Shown piece by piece: positions 50,820 to 61,353 of a stretch of 64,000 bases of DNA. The notes below the pieces were generated by a model that saw nothing but the letters and a program-made list of their open reading frames with translations, ran no database searches and had not been told where the DNA came from. This DNA is from an uncultured Alphaproteobacteria bacterium (lineage in GTDB: Bacteria > Pseudomonadota > Alphaproteobacteria > CAAHEQ01 > UBA3637), in contig CALXXX010000034.1 of assembly GCA_944392795.1 (NCBI GenBank), positions 8,995 to 72,994 of the forward strand. The letters run 5' to 3'. The position numbers and the translations under genes are program-made. The number at the start of each line of letters is the position of its first letter. The stretch's first letter is position 1.

Positions 50820-51698
50820 ATGGAGACTAAAATAGCTTTAAAACCTAAAACAATCTATCGTTTGCGCAAAAATGAAGAGTATGTGAAGCGTTATTTAAAA
50901 GAATTTTTAAAGTTTGAAATTTATTCTTTAGCGGTTATTAACGCATTGAAAAAGGCTCCTCAGGAATTTAAAAAGCTACCTCAAGATATTCAAGAATTGG
51001 TAAAAGCAAAGCTTTCAAATGAAGAAATTAATTCCTTTTTATCTGAGAGAATTGTGATAAAAGCTGTTAAAATTTTAGAAAGCTATGATCGTTGTCAGGC
51101 TTTAAAAGATGTTCGTTATCTTTCTAGAGCCGGTCATCGAACATTAAAGCGTTTAAAAAATGCTGTAAACGAAAAAAAATTAACTCCTGAGATTGTTGAT
51201 GAAGCTATGCATACGGCTAATAAGTTTTTAGTCAATTTGGACTTATTTTTACCATTAAGTTATTTAAAACAAAGTAATTTATTTATGACAACACGACCGG
51301 TTGTTTTTGAATTAAAAGGAAACCAAGTTTCTGAAATAGAAAATGCAAAGTTAATGCCATTTCCGGTTATGATGAAAGCTTATGAATTGTTATCAAGCCA
51401 ACAGGAAAAAGGAATCTTTCTTCTGCAAAGAGAAGATGAATATTGTGATCCCGTTATGAATGCTTCTGTAAAGGATGTTATTTTATTTGCTCGGACAAGA
51501 CTTCTTCAGGAAAGGCCAACTATTTTGACATCTAAAGAAAATGTACGTTTAAATAATGCTTTGCTCATTAATTCGAATGGGACTGTTGAATATCATAATC
51601 TCTTGATAGGTTATATTTTAAATGATAGAGTAAAAAAAGTAACATCTCATCTTTTGCATAAGAATCCAAGCATTCGTGGGGCTTGGGAATTAGAGTAG
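50820..51698 (+). CDS. hypothetical protein
   Basis: 292-aa ORF behind perfect TTGACA(50759)-17-TATAAT(50782). Confidence 0.75.
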   Translation: METKIALKPKTIYRLRKNEEYVKRYLKEFLKFEIYSLAVINALKKAPQEFKKLPQDIQELVKAKLSNEEINSFLSERIVIKAVKILESYDRCQALKDVRYLSRAGHRTLKRLKNAVNEKKLTPEIVDEAMHTANKFLVNLDLFLPLSYLKQSNLFMTTRPVVFELKGNQVSEIENAKLMPFPVMMKAYELLSSQQEKGIFLLQREDEYCDPVMNASVKDVILFARTRLLQERPTILTSKENVRLNNALLINSNGTVEYHNLLIGYILNDRVKKVTSHLLHKNPSIRGAWELE

Positions 51699-51739
51699 AG
51701 ATTTATTTTTGGGGAAGTTATCTTTTGGGAGGAGAAAAC

Positions 51740-52135
51740 ATGAAAAAAACTTTTTTATTGGGATTAGGATTAGTTTTAAGTTTGAATACTTTAGGATATG
51801 CTCAATCTTTCGCAGGGAAAGAGTATTATTATGTGGATGTTCCTTCGGACGTTCAAGCGACATTAACTTTTGATGAAGAAGAACAACGTGTTTTTGGTTT
51901 TTCGGGAGTTAATCGTTTTTTTGGATCTTATAAATATGACGAAAAAGGAAAACAACTTCAATTAGGTCCTTTAGCTTCCACAATGATGGCTGGACCAGAG
52001 GAAGCGATGATGTTTGAGAGTGATTTTTTGAAAAAGCTAAATTCGACAACCTCGTATTTTATGGATGAGGAAACATTAATTTTAAAAACTCCTTCTGGTG
52101 ATTTAATTTTTAAATCAGTCGATTCAGCAAAATAA
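51740..52135 (+). CDS. META domain (HslJ-like) secreted protein
   Basis: Signal peptide; GFSGVNRFFGSY, GPLASTMMAG; start after GGAGGAG. Confidence 0.88.
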   Translation: MKKTFLLGLGLVLSLNTLGYAQSFAGKEYYYVDVPSDVQATLTFDEEEQRVFGFSGVNRFFGSYKYDEKGKQLQLGPLASTMMAGPEEAMMFESDFLKKLNSTTSYFMDEETLILKTPSGDLIFKSVDSAK

Positions 52136-52166
52136 ATTCTTTTTATACTTTTTGAAGAAAATAAAA

Positions 52167-52739
52167 ATGGATAAAGCTACAATCAAGTTAAAGCAGCAGC
52201 TTTTGAATTTTGTTCCCTTCGATGAAGAAGAGGCAGTTAATATAGATGTTTTCTTACAATTTATTGACGGATTTCATGAACATATTTGGACCAGAGATAA
52301 TTCTGTTGGTCATGTGACAGTTTCCGCTTGGGTGACAAACTCATCTAAAGATAAAGTTTTAATGGCTCATCACAATATTTACAATAGTTTTGCTTGGTTG
52401 GGCGGTCATGCGGATGGCGAGTATGATTTATTGAAAGTTGCACAGAAAGAAGTCAGAGAAGAAACGGGTGTATTTCAACTAAGGCCAATTAAGACAGATT
52501 TTGTTGATGTCTGTTCAATGATTGTTAAACCGCATATTAAAAATAATCATCCTGTTGCATCTCATCTACATTTCAATTTAACATATTGGTTGGAAGCAGA
52601 TGAGAAGGCTATTCTTCAAAATGCACCAGCAGAAAATTCTGCAGTGTGTTGGCTGCCGATAGACCGTCTTTTCGATTTTATTTCAGAAGAGCATATGAAG
52701 CCTGTTTATCAACGTTTAATTCAAAAAATGTATAAATAA
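52167..52739 (+). CDS. NUDIX hydrolase
   Basis: GHVTVSAW, GGHADG....A.KEVREETG. Confidence 0.9.
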   Translation: MDKATIKLKQQLLNFVPFDEEEAVNIDVFLQFIDGFHEHIWTRDNSVGHVTVSAWVTNSSKDKVLMAHHNIYNSFAWLGGHADGEYDLLKVAQKEVREETGVFQLRPIKTDFVDVCSMIVKPHIKNNHPVASHLHFNLTYWLEADEKAILQNAPAENSAVCWLPIDRLFDFISEEHMKPVYQRLIQKMYK

Positions 52740-52824
52740 TCTTTTGTTCTGTTTACAGTCTTTTTAAAATAGATTATCTTAATAGTCTATATTAAGGTTC
52801 ATTATAGTTAAATAGGGGAAAAAT

Positions 52825-53457
52825 ATGAAAAAATTAATATTAGCATGTATTTTCTTTTTGAGCTTATCTGGATCTGTTTGGGCTGAGACAATATTTTTGC
52901 CGGCTCCAGTTAAAGAAGGCGGTATGCCTTTAATGCAGGCGCTGAATGAGCGTCATGTGAGCCGTCAGTTTAATCCTGAAAAAAAGATGGATTATCAGAC
53001 GTTGTCTAATTTGTTGTGGGCGGCTTTTGGAGAGAATCGTCCGGATGGGAGAAGAACAGCTCCGACTGCTCGTAATGCTCAAGATACAATGATTTATGTT
53101 GCCTTACCAGAGGGCGTTTATCTTTATAATGCTCAAAAAAATGCTCTGGAAGAAGTTTCAAAGGAAGATATTCGTGCAAAAACAGGAAAGCAGTCGGAAA
53201 TGTTAGCTGATGCATCTGTTGTTTTAATTTATGTCTCAGACTATGATAAACTTGATTTTGCGAAAGGAGAAAAGAAGTTATTCTATTCTGCTTTACATAC
53301 AGGTTCAATTTATCAAAATGTCGATTTGTTCGCTGCATCTGAAGGCTTGAATACGGTTATGCTTGGTATGGTGAATTATGAAGAGCTCCCTACCTTATTA
53401 AAATTACCAGAGAATCAAAAAGTATTGATTGTTCAACCGGTTGGATATAAGCCATAG
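52825..53457 (+). CDS. nitroreductase family protein with signal peptide
   Basis: LMQALNER...R.F, LSNLLWAA.G, RTAPTA.N, QNV.L.AAS.GL. Confidence 0.88.
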   Translation: MKKLILACIFFLSLSGSVWAETIFLPAPVKEGGMPLMQALNERHVSRQFNPEKKMDYQTLSNLLWAAFGENRPDGRRTAPTARNAQDTMIYVALPEGVYLYNAQKNALEEVSKEDIRAKTGKQSEMLADASVVLIYVSDYDKLDFAKGEKKLFYSALHTGSIYQNVDLFAASEGLNTVMLGMVNYEELPTLLKLPENQKVLIVQPVGYKP

Positions 53458-53466
53458 AATAGAGAT

Positions 53467-53494
53467 TTAAGAAGGGCTTTGAGGCCCTTCTTAA
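53467..53494. terminator. bidirectional terminator hairpin
   Basis: TTAAGAAGGGC...GCCCTTCTTAA between convergent genes. Confidence 0.75.
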
Positions 53495-53499
53495 GTTAT

Positions 53500-54009
53500 T
53501 TAACTTCTAAGATAATCAGAAATACTTTTTGTTAAGTCGCAAAAACTGGCATGAATTAAATGAGCCAAAACTTCAGCATTTACTTCTAAAGAAATTCCGA
53601 TTTTTCCTCCGCTAACACAAAAAGTATCAAAGAGAAGAGCCGTCTCATCGATAAAAGTAGGAAAACTTTTTTTCATACCAACAGGAGAGCAACCACCATG
53701 AATATATCCGGTTAAAGGTAATAGTTTTTTCATCGGCATCATTTCAAGATTTTTAACCCGAGCTGCTTTTGCTGCTTTTTTTAAGTCAAGTTCTTGATTT
53801 GAAGGAATCACAAAAACGTAATAGTCAAAAGAGTGCTGATGAGTGGGAGCTTGTGTAACTAAAGTTTTAAAAACTTGCTCAGTTGGCTTTTTGATTTGTT
53901 TAGCAACAGAAATAGCATCAATTCCTTCCTTGGGATTATATGAGAATGCTTGGAAAGGAATAGAAGCATCTTCTAAAATACGCATAACATTTGTTTTAGT
54001 AATATTCAT
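53500..54009 (-). CDS. ybaK: Cys-tRNA(Pro) deacylase
   Basis: KTNVMRIL, VFKTLV, TGYIHGGCSPVG, VSGG. Confidence 0.93.
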   Translation of the reverse strand: MNITKTNVMRILEDASIPFQAFSYNPKEGIDAISVAKQIKKPTEQVFKTLVTQAPTHQHSFDYYVFVIPSNQELDLKKAAKAARVKNLEMMPMKKLLPLTGYIHGGCSPVGMKKSFPTFIDETALLFDTFCVSGGKIGISLEVNAEVLAHLIHASFCDLTKSISDYLRS

Positions 54010-54319
54010 AATTCTTTATTTTTTTCTTTAAAAAAGTGAAAAACTGATGAAGTGAAGATGATCTTTTGGGAAGGTATTCCAACGTTCTTATACCTTCTTT
54101 TGTCAGTTGAGCATAGGCTATAATATTATTATTTTCATCAACAGCTAAAGAGAAGGTAACAGAGCGACCATTGAAATTATAGTCTTCTAGTATAGCTTTC
54201 TCTTGAAGAGAAGAAATAAATGCTCCATTTTTAAATTTTTTTAAAATTTCGTATCGTTCACATAATGGAGTGGAACTGACGATTCGTTTTTGTATTTGTG
54301 AAATTGATAAACAAGACAC
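53996..54319 (-). CDS. hypothetical protein
   Basis: SD AAAGGA, TTGACT upstream, overlaps ybaK start; no family recognised. Confidence 0.6.
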   Translation of the reverse strand: MSCLSISQIQKRIVSSTPLCERYEILKKFKNGAFISSLQEKAILEDYNFNGRSVTFSLAVDENNNIIAYAQLTKEGIRTLEYLPKRSSSLHQFFTFLKKKIKNYEYY

Positions 54320-54480
54320 TATTTTATCCTTTCTTTTTTAGAAGGATAAGAATAAGACAATTAAAAGTCAATGCTTCTTTGAAAGTGAAAAGAAAAAAGA
54401 AAATAAAATTTTTCTTGATTTTTTTTATTTTTTATCTTAAAAAGAAGCATCTTTTAAGTTTGATGAACTTAAAGTTATGC

Positions 54481-54568
54481 GGATGGGTGGCAGAGCGGTT
54501 TAATGCGGCGGTCTTGAAAACCGTTGAGGGGCGACCCTCCGGGAGTTCGAATCTCTCCCCATCCGCCA
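54481..54568 (+). tRNA. tRNA-Ser (TGA)
   Basis: GGATGGG/CCCATCC acceptor stem, loop CTTGAAA, long variable arm, GTTCGAATC, CCA. Confidence 0.97.
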
Positions 54569-54647
54569 AATCAAAATCCGTTAAATCAAAAAATTCTTCT
54601 TAAAATATCTGATTGACTTTTATAAGAAGCTTTTCTAAAGTCAAAAT

Positions 54648-55835
54648 ATGAGAAAATTAAAGTTCATTTCCTATTTATGCTTAGTTATACTCTGTAGTAC
54701 TCCAATTCAAGCAGAGCAGGGGTTTGAGCTTTGGAAAAAACAATTTGCACAAGAAGCTGCTCATCAAAATGTTTCTTTAGATGTGATCGAAAATTATCTT
54801 CCTCAGATGGTATATTTGCCACAAGTTATAGAACTGGATCGTAAACAGCCTGAATTTAAGCTCTCTTTTTCGAACTATATAAAACGCATGGTAACAGCTG
54901 AACGTGTTCACAAAGGACAGCGTTTGTTGAAAGAAAAAAATGAGATTTTATCTAAAGTTCAAGCGAAATATGGTGTTCCTCCGGCTTATTTGCTTGCTTT
55001 TTGGGGATTAGAAACAAATTTTGGTCAGACAAAAGGAAAAACAGACGTTTTGAGTGCTTTAGCAACCCTTTCTTATGATGAAAGACGCTCTTCTTTTTTT
55101 ACTGAACAATTAATAGCAGCTTTGAAAATTCTTCAAAAAGAAAAAGTCAATTCTCCCAAAGGTTCTTGGGCCGGGGCTTTTGGACATTTTCAATTTATGC
55201 CAACGACTTTTTATCAATATGCCGTTGATGCAGACGGAGATGGACAACGTGATATTGTTAATTCTTTTCCTGACGCTTTGGCTTCAGCTGCGAATTATTT
55301 ATCTCGTATGGGGTGGGATAAAAATTTAATTTGGGGAAGGGAAGTAGAATTACCTCCTGATTTTTGGAATACTACATTTGATAAAACAAAAACTTATCCA
55401 CTTTCTTTTTGGAAAGAACAAGGCATCTTACGAATGGATGGAAAAGAGTATCAGCCAGATGAATTAAATATTTTAGCTCATCTTGTCCTGCCGAGTGGTT
55501 CTAAAGGTCCTGTTTTCTTGGTTTATCGTAATTTTGATGTGATTAAACGTTGGAATCGCTCTGATTTTTATGCATTAGCTATTGGGATTTTGGCTGATAA
55601 AATAGCAGGAAAAGAAACTTCAGACATAAATTCTTTTGAAACAGAGGATAATTTGTATAAGAATGATATTATCCTTGTTCAGCAAAAATTGAAAAGTATG
55701 GGGCTTTATCAAGGTCCTATAGATGGTCAATTCGGTAGTGGGACAAAAAAAGCATTATTAGCCTATCAAAAAAAGTATCATCTTCCTCAGGATGGATTTT
55801 TATCAAAAGAAGTTCTTGAAAAAATCCTAAAATGA
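54648..55835 (+). CDS. mltB: lytic murein transglycosylase, MltB family, with PG-binding domain
   Basis: WGLETNFG, GSWAGAFGHFQFMP, DADGDG, C-terminal DGQFG..T..A. Confidence 0.92.
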   Translation: MRKLKFISYLCLVILCSTPIQAEQGFELWKKQFAQEAAHQNVSLDVIENYLPQMVYLPQVIELDRKQPEFKLSFSNYIKRMVTAERVHKGQRLLKEKNEILSKVQAKYGVPPAYLLAFWGLETNFGQTKGKTDVLSALATLSYDERRSSFFTEQLIAALKILQKEKVNSPKGSWAGAFGHFQFMPTTFYQYAVDADGDGQRDIVNSFPDALASAANYLSRMGWDKNLIWGREVELPPDFWNTTFDKTKTYPLSFWKEQGILRMDGKEYQPDELNILAHLVLPSGSKGPVFLVYRNFDVIKRWNRSDFYALAIGILADKIAGKETSDINSFETEDNLYKNDIILVQQKLKSMGLYQGPIDGQFGSGTKKALLAYQKKYHLPQDGFLSKEVLEKILK

Positions 55836-55876
55836 TGTAAAAACAAAAAAGGAAACATATAACAAAGGAATGTCAG

Positions 55877-56821
55877 ATGAAAAAAGTATTTTTAAGTCTT
55901 TCAATTCTTTCCATTTGTTTGACAGGTTGTACAGATAACGGCAGCTTGTTGCGGAGTAATGGTAAGAATTATGTCTCTTTAGAACCTAGCGGAGTTTATA
56001 AAATAGGAACACCTTATCAAGTTAATAATATCTGGTATTACCCACAAGAAGATTACGATTATCGAGAAGTCGGTATAGCCTCTTGGTATGGTCCTGATTT
56101 TCATAATGGGGTTACAGCTAATGGTGAAAAATATGATATGTACGCATTAACGGCGGCTCATCGAACATTGCCTTTGCCTTCTATTGTTAAAGTAACAAAT
56201 TTAGAAAACGGCAAATCAGTCGTCGTTCGGGTAAATGATCGAGGTCCGTTTGTTAATAATCGAATTATAGATGTTTCTAAAACTGCTGCCGAAATTCTAG
56301 GTTTCGATGCTCAAGGAACAGCTAAAGTACGTGTGGAAGTTTTAAAAGATGAAAGTAAAGAGCTGAAAAAAGAAATTTTAAAAAATGGTGGAAAAGTAGT
56401 CGGAGGTCCTCCTTTGCCAGATGTTTCTCCGGACAGCACAGTTCAAGAACAAACAAGTCCTATTCCTTTGGCAAACCCTGTTATGGCTGAGACAGTTTCT
56501 ACTTCAACTATTGAAGAGTTAGAGCCGACTGAAACAGAAGCTTCTCGTGTTAAACCAATTTATACGCCGCGATCAGCTTCTTCCGGGAATTACTACGTTC
56601 AAGCAGGAGCTTTTTCTAATCCGGAAAATGCTCAACGGATGAAAGAACGCCTATCTTCTTATGGATCGGTTGTTATTTCTGAAAAACAGACTAATAACGG
56701 TGTTTTGTATCGTGTTCGTTTAGGACCTTATTCAAGTGGAGATGAAGGTGTCGCCATAATGGATCAGCTAGGTGCAGCTGGAATAGATGATACACGGTTA
56801 ATTCAGGAAATGATTAAGTAG
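55877..56821 (+). CDS. rlpA: septal lytic transglycosylase lipoprotein with SPOR domain
   Basis: Lipobox LTGC, ASWYG..FH, AAHRTLP, NDRGPF, VQAGAF. Confidence 0.95.
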   Translation: MKKVFLSLSILSICLTGCTDNGSLLRSNGKNYVSLEPSGVYKIGTPYQVNNIWYYPQEDYDYREVGIASWYGPDFHNGVTANGEKYDMYALTAAHRTLPLPSIVKVTNLENGKSVVVRVNDRGPFVNNRIIDVSKTAAEILGFDAQGTAKVRVEVLKDESKELKKEILKNGGKVVGGPPLPDVSPDSTVQEQTSPIPLANPVMAETVSTSTIEELEPTETEASRVKPIYTPRSASSGNYYVQAGAFSNPENAQRMKERLSSYGSVVISEKQTNNGVLYRVRLGPYSSGDEGVAIMDQLGAAGIDDTRLIQEMIK

Positions 56822-56829
56822 AGTTAGAA

Positions 56830-57999
56830 ATGAAAAAATTTGGATTATTAAGTTTATCTTTTTTGTTATTAGCATCAACAGCTTATTCTGCGGAGTTTGA
56901 TACTTCTGCTTCTTATGCTTATTTGGTGGATTACGATACCGGAAGTGTTCTTTTAGATAAAGGCGGAGATGAGCTGATGGCGCCGGCATCTATGAGTAAA
57001 CTGATGACAGCTTATATCGTTTTTGAAAAACTTAAAGAAGGACAGCTTTCTTTGGACGATGAGTTCGAAGTCAGTGAAAATGCTTGGCGAAAAGGTGGCG
57101 AAAAAAGCGGTAGTTCTACCATGTTTTTAAAACCACATTCTAAGGTAAAGTTGGATGATTTATTAAAAGGAATTATCGTTCAATCTGGAAATGATGCTTG
57201 TATAACCGTTGCTGAAAACATTTCAGGTTCGGAAGAAAATTTCGCAGCTGAAATGACAATTAAGGCTCGGGAATTGGGATTACCAAAAAGCACCTTTAAA
57301 AACTCTACAGGTTGGCCGAACAAAGAACATTTAATGACACCTAAAGAGCTTGCTCAATTAACAAAGCTGATTATTCAAAATTTCCCTGAGTATTATCCTT
57401 ATTATTCTATTAAGAGTTTTAAGTACAATGGGATCAATCAAGAAAATCGTAATCCCCTTTTATACAGTATGCCGGATCAAGCAGACGGTGTTAAAACCGG
57501 ACATACCGGAAAATCAGGGCATGGATTGGTTGGCTCTGCAAAAAGTAAAGACGGAAAACGGCGTTTGATTTTAGTTGTAAATGGGTTAAAAACAATGAAA
57601 GATAGAGGAATGGAAGCTAAGCGTATTATGGAATGGGGTTTCCGTGAATTTGATAATTATTCTCTATTTAGTCCAGGGGAAACAATAGAAAATATACCTG
57701 TTTGGATGGGCGCTCAAAAAACAGTTCCTGTAACACTGAAGAATCCAGCTCTTGTCACGCTCAATAGATTAGATAAACTTAATGCCAAAGTGACTGTGAC
57801 AGCTGATGGTCCGGTTAAAGCTCCTGTTAATAAAGGAGATAAAGTTGCAGAACTCAATATTGTTCTTAAAGACGGGACGAAATATTCTTTTCCCTTGATT
57901 GCGCAAGAAAACGTGGAAAAAATAGGCTTTTTCGGAAAGATGGGATTAGTTTTAAAAAGCTTATTTTATGGAACGGATGGAGCTTCGAATGCCCAATAA
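56830..57999 (+). CDS. dacA: D-Ala-D-Ala carboxypeptidase (PBP5/6)
   Basis: PASMSK, SGN, KTG. Confidence 0.92.
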   Translation: MKKFGLLSLSFLLLASTAYSAEFDTSASYAYLVDYDTGSVLLDKGGDELMAPASMSKLMTAYIVFEKLKEGQLSLDDEFEVSENAWRKGGEKSGSSTMFLKPHSKVKLDDLLKGIIVQSGNDACITVAENISGSEENFAAEMTIKARELGLPKSTFKNSTGWPNKEHLMTPKELAQLTKLIIQNFPEYYPYYSIKSFKYNGINQENRNPLLYSMPDQADGVKTGHTGKSGHGLVGSAKSKDGKRRLILVVNGLKTMKDRGMEAKRIMEWGFREFDNYSLFSPGETIENIPVWMGAQKTVPVTLKNPALVTLNRLDKLNAKVTVTADGPVKAPVNKGDKVAELNIVLKDGTKYSFPLIAQENVEKIGFFGKMGLVLKSLFYGTDGASNAQ

Positions 58000-58633
58000 A
58001 AAAGGTGTTTTTATTACTCTGGAAGGTGGAGAGGGTTGCGGAAAATCTACTCAAATAAAAATGCTGGATGCTTATTTAAAAGAGCAGGGGATTCCGCATC
58101 ATATTACTCGAGAACCTGGAGGCTCTTCCGCAGCAGAGGAAATTCGTAAGATTATTTTATCTGGATCAGTCGATAAATGGGATTCTGTTTCTGAAACACT
58201 TTTATTTTCTGCGGCAAGACGAAGCCATTTAACAGAAGTTATTTGGCCTAATTTGGAAAAAGGAGTTTGGGTTATTTCTGATCGATATGCCGATTCAACA
58301 ATGGCTTATCAAGGTTACGGTCGAAATGATCATTTGTTATCGCGAGCAGATATAGAGACGTTATATCGGATAACAGCAGGAGATTTTAAACCTGATTTAA
58401 CTTTTATTTTGGATATCGAACCTCAAAAGGGACTTGAAAGAGCTCAAAAAAGGGCTAATTTAGATAGAATGGAAGAGCAAAAGCTTGCTTTTCATGAGAA
58501 TCTACGGCAGGCTTTTTTAGACATTGCTTCTCGGGAGCCTATGCGTTGCGTTATTATCAATGCGGATCAAACACCAGAGCTCGTTCATAAGGATATTCTA
58601 GACGTTTTGAAAGAGCGCTTTCATGTCTGTTAA
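57989..58633 (+). CDS. tmk: thymidylate kinase
   Basis: EGGEGCGKSTQ, TREPGG, DRYADSTMAYQG. Confidence 0.97.
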   Translation: MPNKKGVFITLEGGEGCGKSTQIKMLDAYLKEQGIPHHITREPGGSSAAEEIRKIILSGSVDKWDSVSETLLFSAARRSHLTEVIWPNLEKGVWVISDRYADSTMAYQGYGRNDHLLSRADIETLYRITAGDFKPDLTFILDIEPQKGLERAQKRANLDRMEEQKLAFHENLRQAFLDIASREPMRCVIINADQTPELVHKDILDVLKERFHVC

Positions 58634-59573
58634 TCAAACTTTGGAAGAGTTGGAAAATATCCGACAAAAAGGAAAATTAGCAGGCTCTTGGCTGATTACT
58701 GGGCCTTATGGCGTTGGTAAGTCAACGCTTGTTCGTCGTTTTGCCGGTCAATTACTGATAGGAAAAGATCAAGAAATTAGTTTTCATCAGGATTTAAAGT
58801 GGATCGAACGCGATTACACAGAAGAAGAAAAAAAAGACATTATAAAAACGCTTAATGCAGGAAAAGCTTTAGATGCAGATGCTGAAAAAAAACGTTCCAG
58901 AAAGCAAGAAATTACAATTGATGATATTCGAGGAGCGTTACAGTTTTTGTCTTTAACGGCGGGAAATAATCAATGGCGAGTATTGGTTATTGATCCTGCG
59001 GATGATATGAATGCTTCTGCTGCGAATGGCTTATTGAAAATTTTAGAAGAGCCTCCTGCGGGAAGCGTGATTTTTCTTATCAATCATAATGTTGGAAAGC
59101 TTTTACCAACAATACGTTCTCGGTGCCGGATATTGAGTTTAAAACCTCTCTCGGATGTTGAAATGAAAACTTATATTATGGAGAATTATCCCAATGCTTC
59201 TTGTGTTGATACTTTAGTTCAACTTTCAAATGGAAGTATAGGAAAATTAAGGGAAATTTTAGAAAATAATGGCCTTATTTTATATCAAAACGTTCTGTCT
59301 GTTTTTGAAAATTCTCCGTTGGATGTTTCTATCGTTTACCAAATATGCGATGCCGCTGTTAAAGAACCATCAAAATACACTCTTTTGAAAGATTTTCTCT
59401 TACATTATCTTCTACAACTTATTCAAAAAAACAATTTATCTCTTTCTACAAGAAATGTCATTTTACAGCTTTGGGAGGAAATTAATCAAGCTTTTAAGGA
59501 TACAGATACCTTATATTTAGATAAAAAAAATATGTTAGCTAATATCTTTTTTAAAATAGGACGAATTAAATGA
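58623..59573 (+). CDS. holB: DNA polymerase III delta' subunit
   Basis: GPYGVGKS, AANGLLKILEEPP, LLPTIRSRC; follows tmk. Confidence 0.93.
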   Translation: MSVNQTLEELENIRQKGKLAGSWLITGPYGVGKSTLVRRFAGQLLIGKDQEISFHQDLKWIERDYTEEEKKDIIKTLNAGKALDADAEKKRSRKQEITIDDIRGALQFLSLTAGNNQWRVLVIDPADDMNASAANGLLKILEEPPAGSVIFLINHNVGKLLPTIRSRCRILSLKPLSDVEMKTYIMENYPNASCVDTLVQLSNGSIGKLREILENNGLILYQNVLSVFENSPLDVSIVYQICDAAVKEPSKYTLLKDFLLHYLLQLIQKNNLSLSTRNVILQLWEEINQAFKDTDTLYLDKKNMLANIFFKIGRIK

Positions 59574-60361
59574 TTATTGATAGCCATTGTCATTTGAGCT
59601 TTGAAACATACGATGAGGAAAGAGAACGCATTATCAATGAAGCGCTTCAAAAAAATGTTGGTTTTATTTTAAATGTCGCTACAGAGCCTAAGGAATATGC
59701 TGATATGGTTGGGGTTATTGAAAAATATCCTTTTATTTATGGCGCTTATGGAATTCATCCAGAATCAGTTGATCCTGACAATATTATCACTTTGCCTGAA
59801 TTATTACAATTTCTTCATCATTTAAAAATTATAGGTGTTGGAGAAACTGGTTTAGATTATCATTACGAAAATGTGGATCGAAAATATCAACAAGAGTCAT
59901 TTATGATTCATATTGAAGCTGCTCGTCAGACTGATATGCCTTTAATTATTCATACGAGGGATGCGGATGCAGATTTAAAGGCTATTTTAACGGAGCAAAT
60001 GTTGTATAAACCTTTTAAAGGTATGATTCATTGCTTTTCTTCCTCGGAAAATTTAGCTAAAACAGCCATAGATTTAGGTCTATATATTTCAATTTCAGGT
60101 ATAATTACCTTCAAAAAAGCAGAAGAGTTAAGGACAATTATTAAAAAATTGCCTTTAGATCGGTTATTGATTGAAACAGATGCTCCTTTTTTAGCCCCGG
60201 TTCCTTATAGAGGTAAGAGAAATGAGCCAGCTTTTGTCGTAGAGACCTTTAAAGCATTAGCGCAGCTAAAAGGAGTTAAAGAAGATGTTCTTGAAGAGCA
60301 ATTGATGCTTAATTTCAAGCATCTATTTAAAAATAAGCTTGGAAAGGAATTATTCGTATGA
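59570..60361 (+). CDS. TatD family nuclease
   Basis: DSHCH, GETGLDY, IHTRDA, ETDAPFL. Confidence 0.95.
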   Translation: MIIDSHCHLSFETYDEERERIINEALQKNVGFILNVATEPKEYADMVGVIEKYPFIYGAYGIHPESVDPDNIITLPELLQFLHHLKIIGVGETGLDYHYENVDRKYQQESFMIHIEAARQTDMPLIIHTRDADADLKAILTEQMLYKPFKGMIHCFSSSENLAKTAIDLGLYISISGIITFKKAEELRTIIKKLPLDRLLIETDAPFLAPVPYRGKRNEPAFVVETFKALAQLKGVKEDVLEEQLMLNFKHLFKNKLGKELFV

Positions 60362-61128
60362 AAATTCGTGTCTTAGGATGTGGTCCCAGTTATGGTCTTC
60401 CGAATGGTTGCAGAGGATTTGGAGAATGCGATCCTCATGAAATTAAAAACTGGCGAACACGAAGCAGTTTAATGATAGAAGAGGGGGATGCAACATTATT
60501 AATTGATACGCCTCCGGAAATGCGCATGCAACTTTTTGAAGCGAATGTAAAACGGATAGATGCTGTTTTGTGGACACATTTACATGCAGATCATATCGCT
60601 GGTATAGATGATGTTAAATGTTATGCTGTGGATAATCAAGTAGTTATTCCAGGTTATCTTCATGAAAAAGATATGGAAGAATTTCAGCGACGTTTTCCTT
60701 TTTATTTAAAACCTATGAGGTATATTGGGCAAGAAAAACCCACATTTGAACTTCATGCTATTCATCCATTTATTCCATTTATGATAAAAAACATTTCATT
60801 TTTACCTATTTTACAGCATCATGGTGACGGAGAAAGTTTAGGCTTTAGAATTGGAAATTTTGCTTATAACACGGATGTTGATGCACTTTCGGAAGAAGGT
60901 TTTAGTGCCTTAAAAGGGATAAAAACGTGGATTTTGGGATGCGTGACACGTTCAGAGAACCATAAGCATTTATATTTAGAAAAAGCCTTAGATTGGATAG
61001 AAAAAATACAGCCTGAACAAGCTTTTTTAACTCATATGGGTGGTAAGATGGATTATAAGTCGCTTTGCGATGAATTGCCGGCTCATATTCGACCATGTTA
61101 TGACGGTATGGAAATAGATCTTTCTTAA
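60358..61128 (+). CDS. MBL-fold hydrolase (PhnP-like)
   Basis: LGCGPS.G.P, THLHADH..GIDD, THM. Confidence 0.92.
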   Translation: MKIRVLGCGPSYGLPNGCRGFGECDPHEIKNWRTRSSLMIEEGDATLLIDTPPEMRMQLFEANVKRIDAVLWTHLHADHIAGIDDVKCYAVDNQVVIPGYLHEKDMEEFQRRFPFYLKPMRYIGQEKPTFELHAIHPFIPFMIKNISFLPILQHHGDGESLGFRIGNFAYNTDVDALSEEGFSALKGIKTWILGCVTRSENHKHLYLEKALDWIEKIQPEQAFLTHMGGKMDYKSLCDELPAHIRPCYDGMEIDLS

Positions 61129-61353
61129 AAAAGAACACGTTAAGATATTCTCGATCCTTAAAACTTAATTAAACGAAACATATTCTGGTGTTTTGTTCGT
61201 TCTTTTTATATTTTATTTCTAAAGTGATTTAAGCTATTGAAGATTAAGTTATTTTTTATTTTTCTCTATTAGTATACATAATATAAATTATGCGACAATT
61301 ATATGAGGGCGAAATAAAAAACTTCCCTTTTATTTCATATACTTAATATAAAA

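Noticed and set aside
45383-54568. tRNA-anchored genomic island or prophage
   Set aside because: No integrase, and I found no duplicated tRNA 3' end (att) by eye.
54298-54603. 101-aa + strand ORF
   Set aside because: Runs through tRNA-Ser and its promoter; low-complexity translation.
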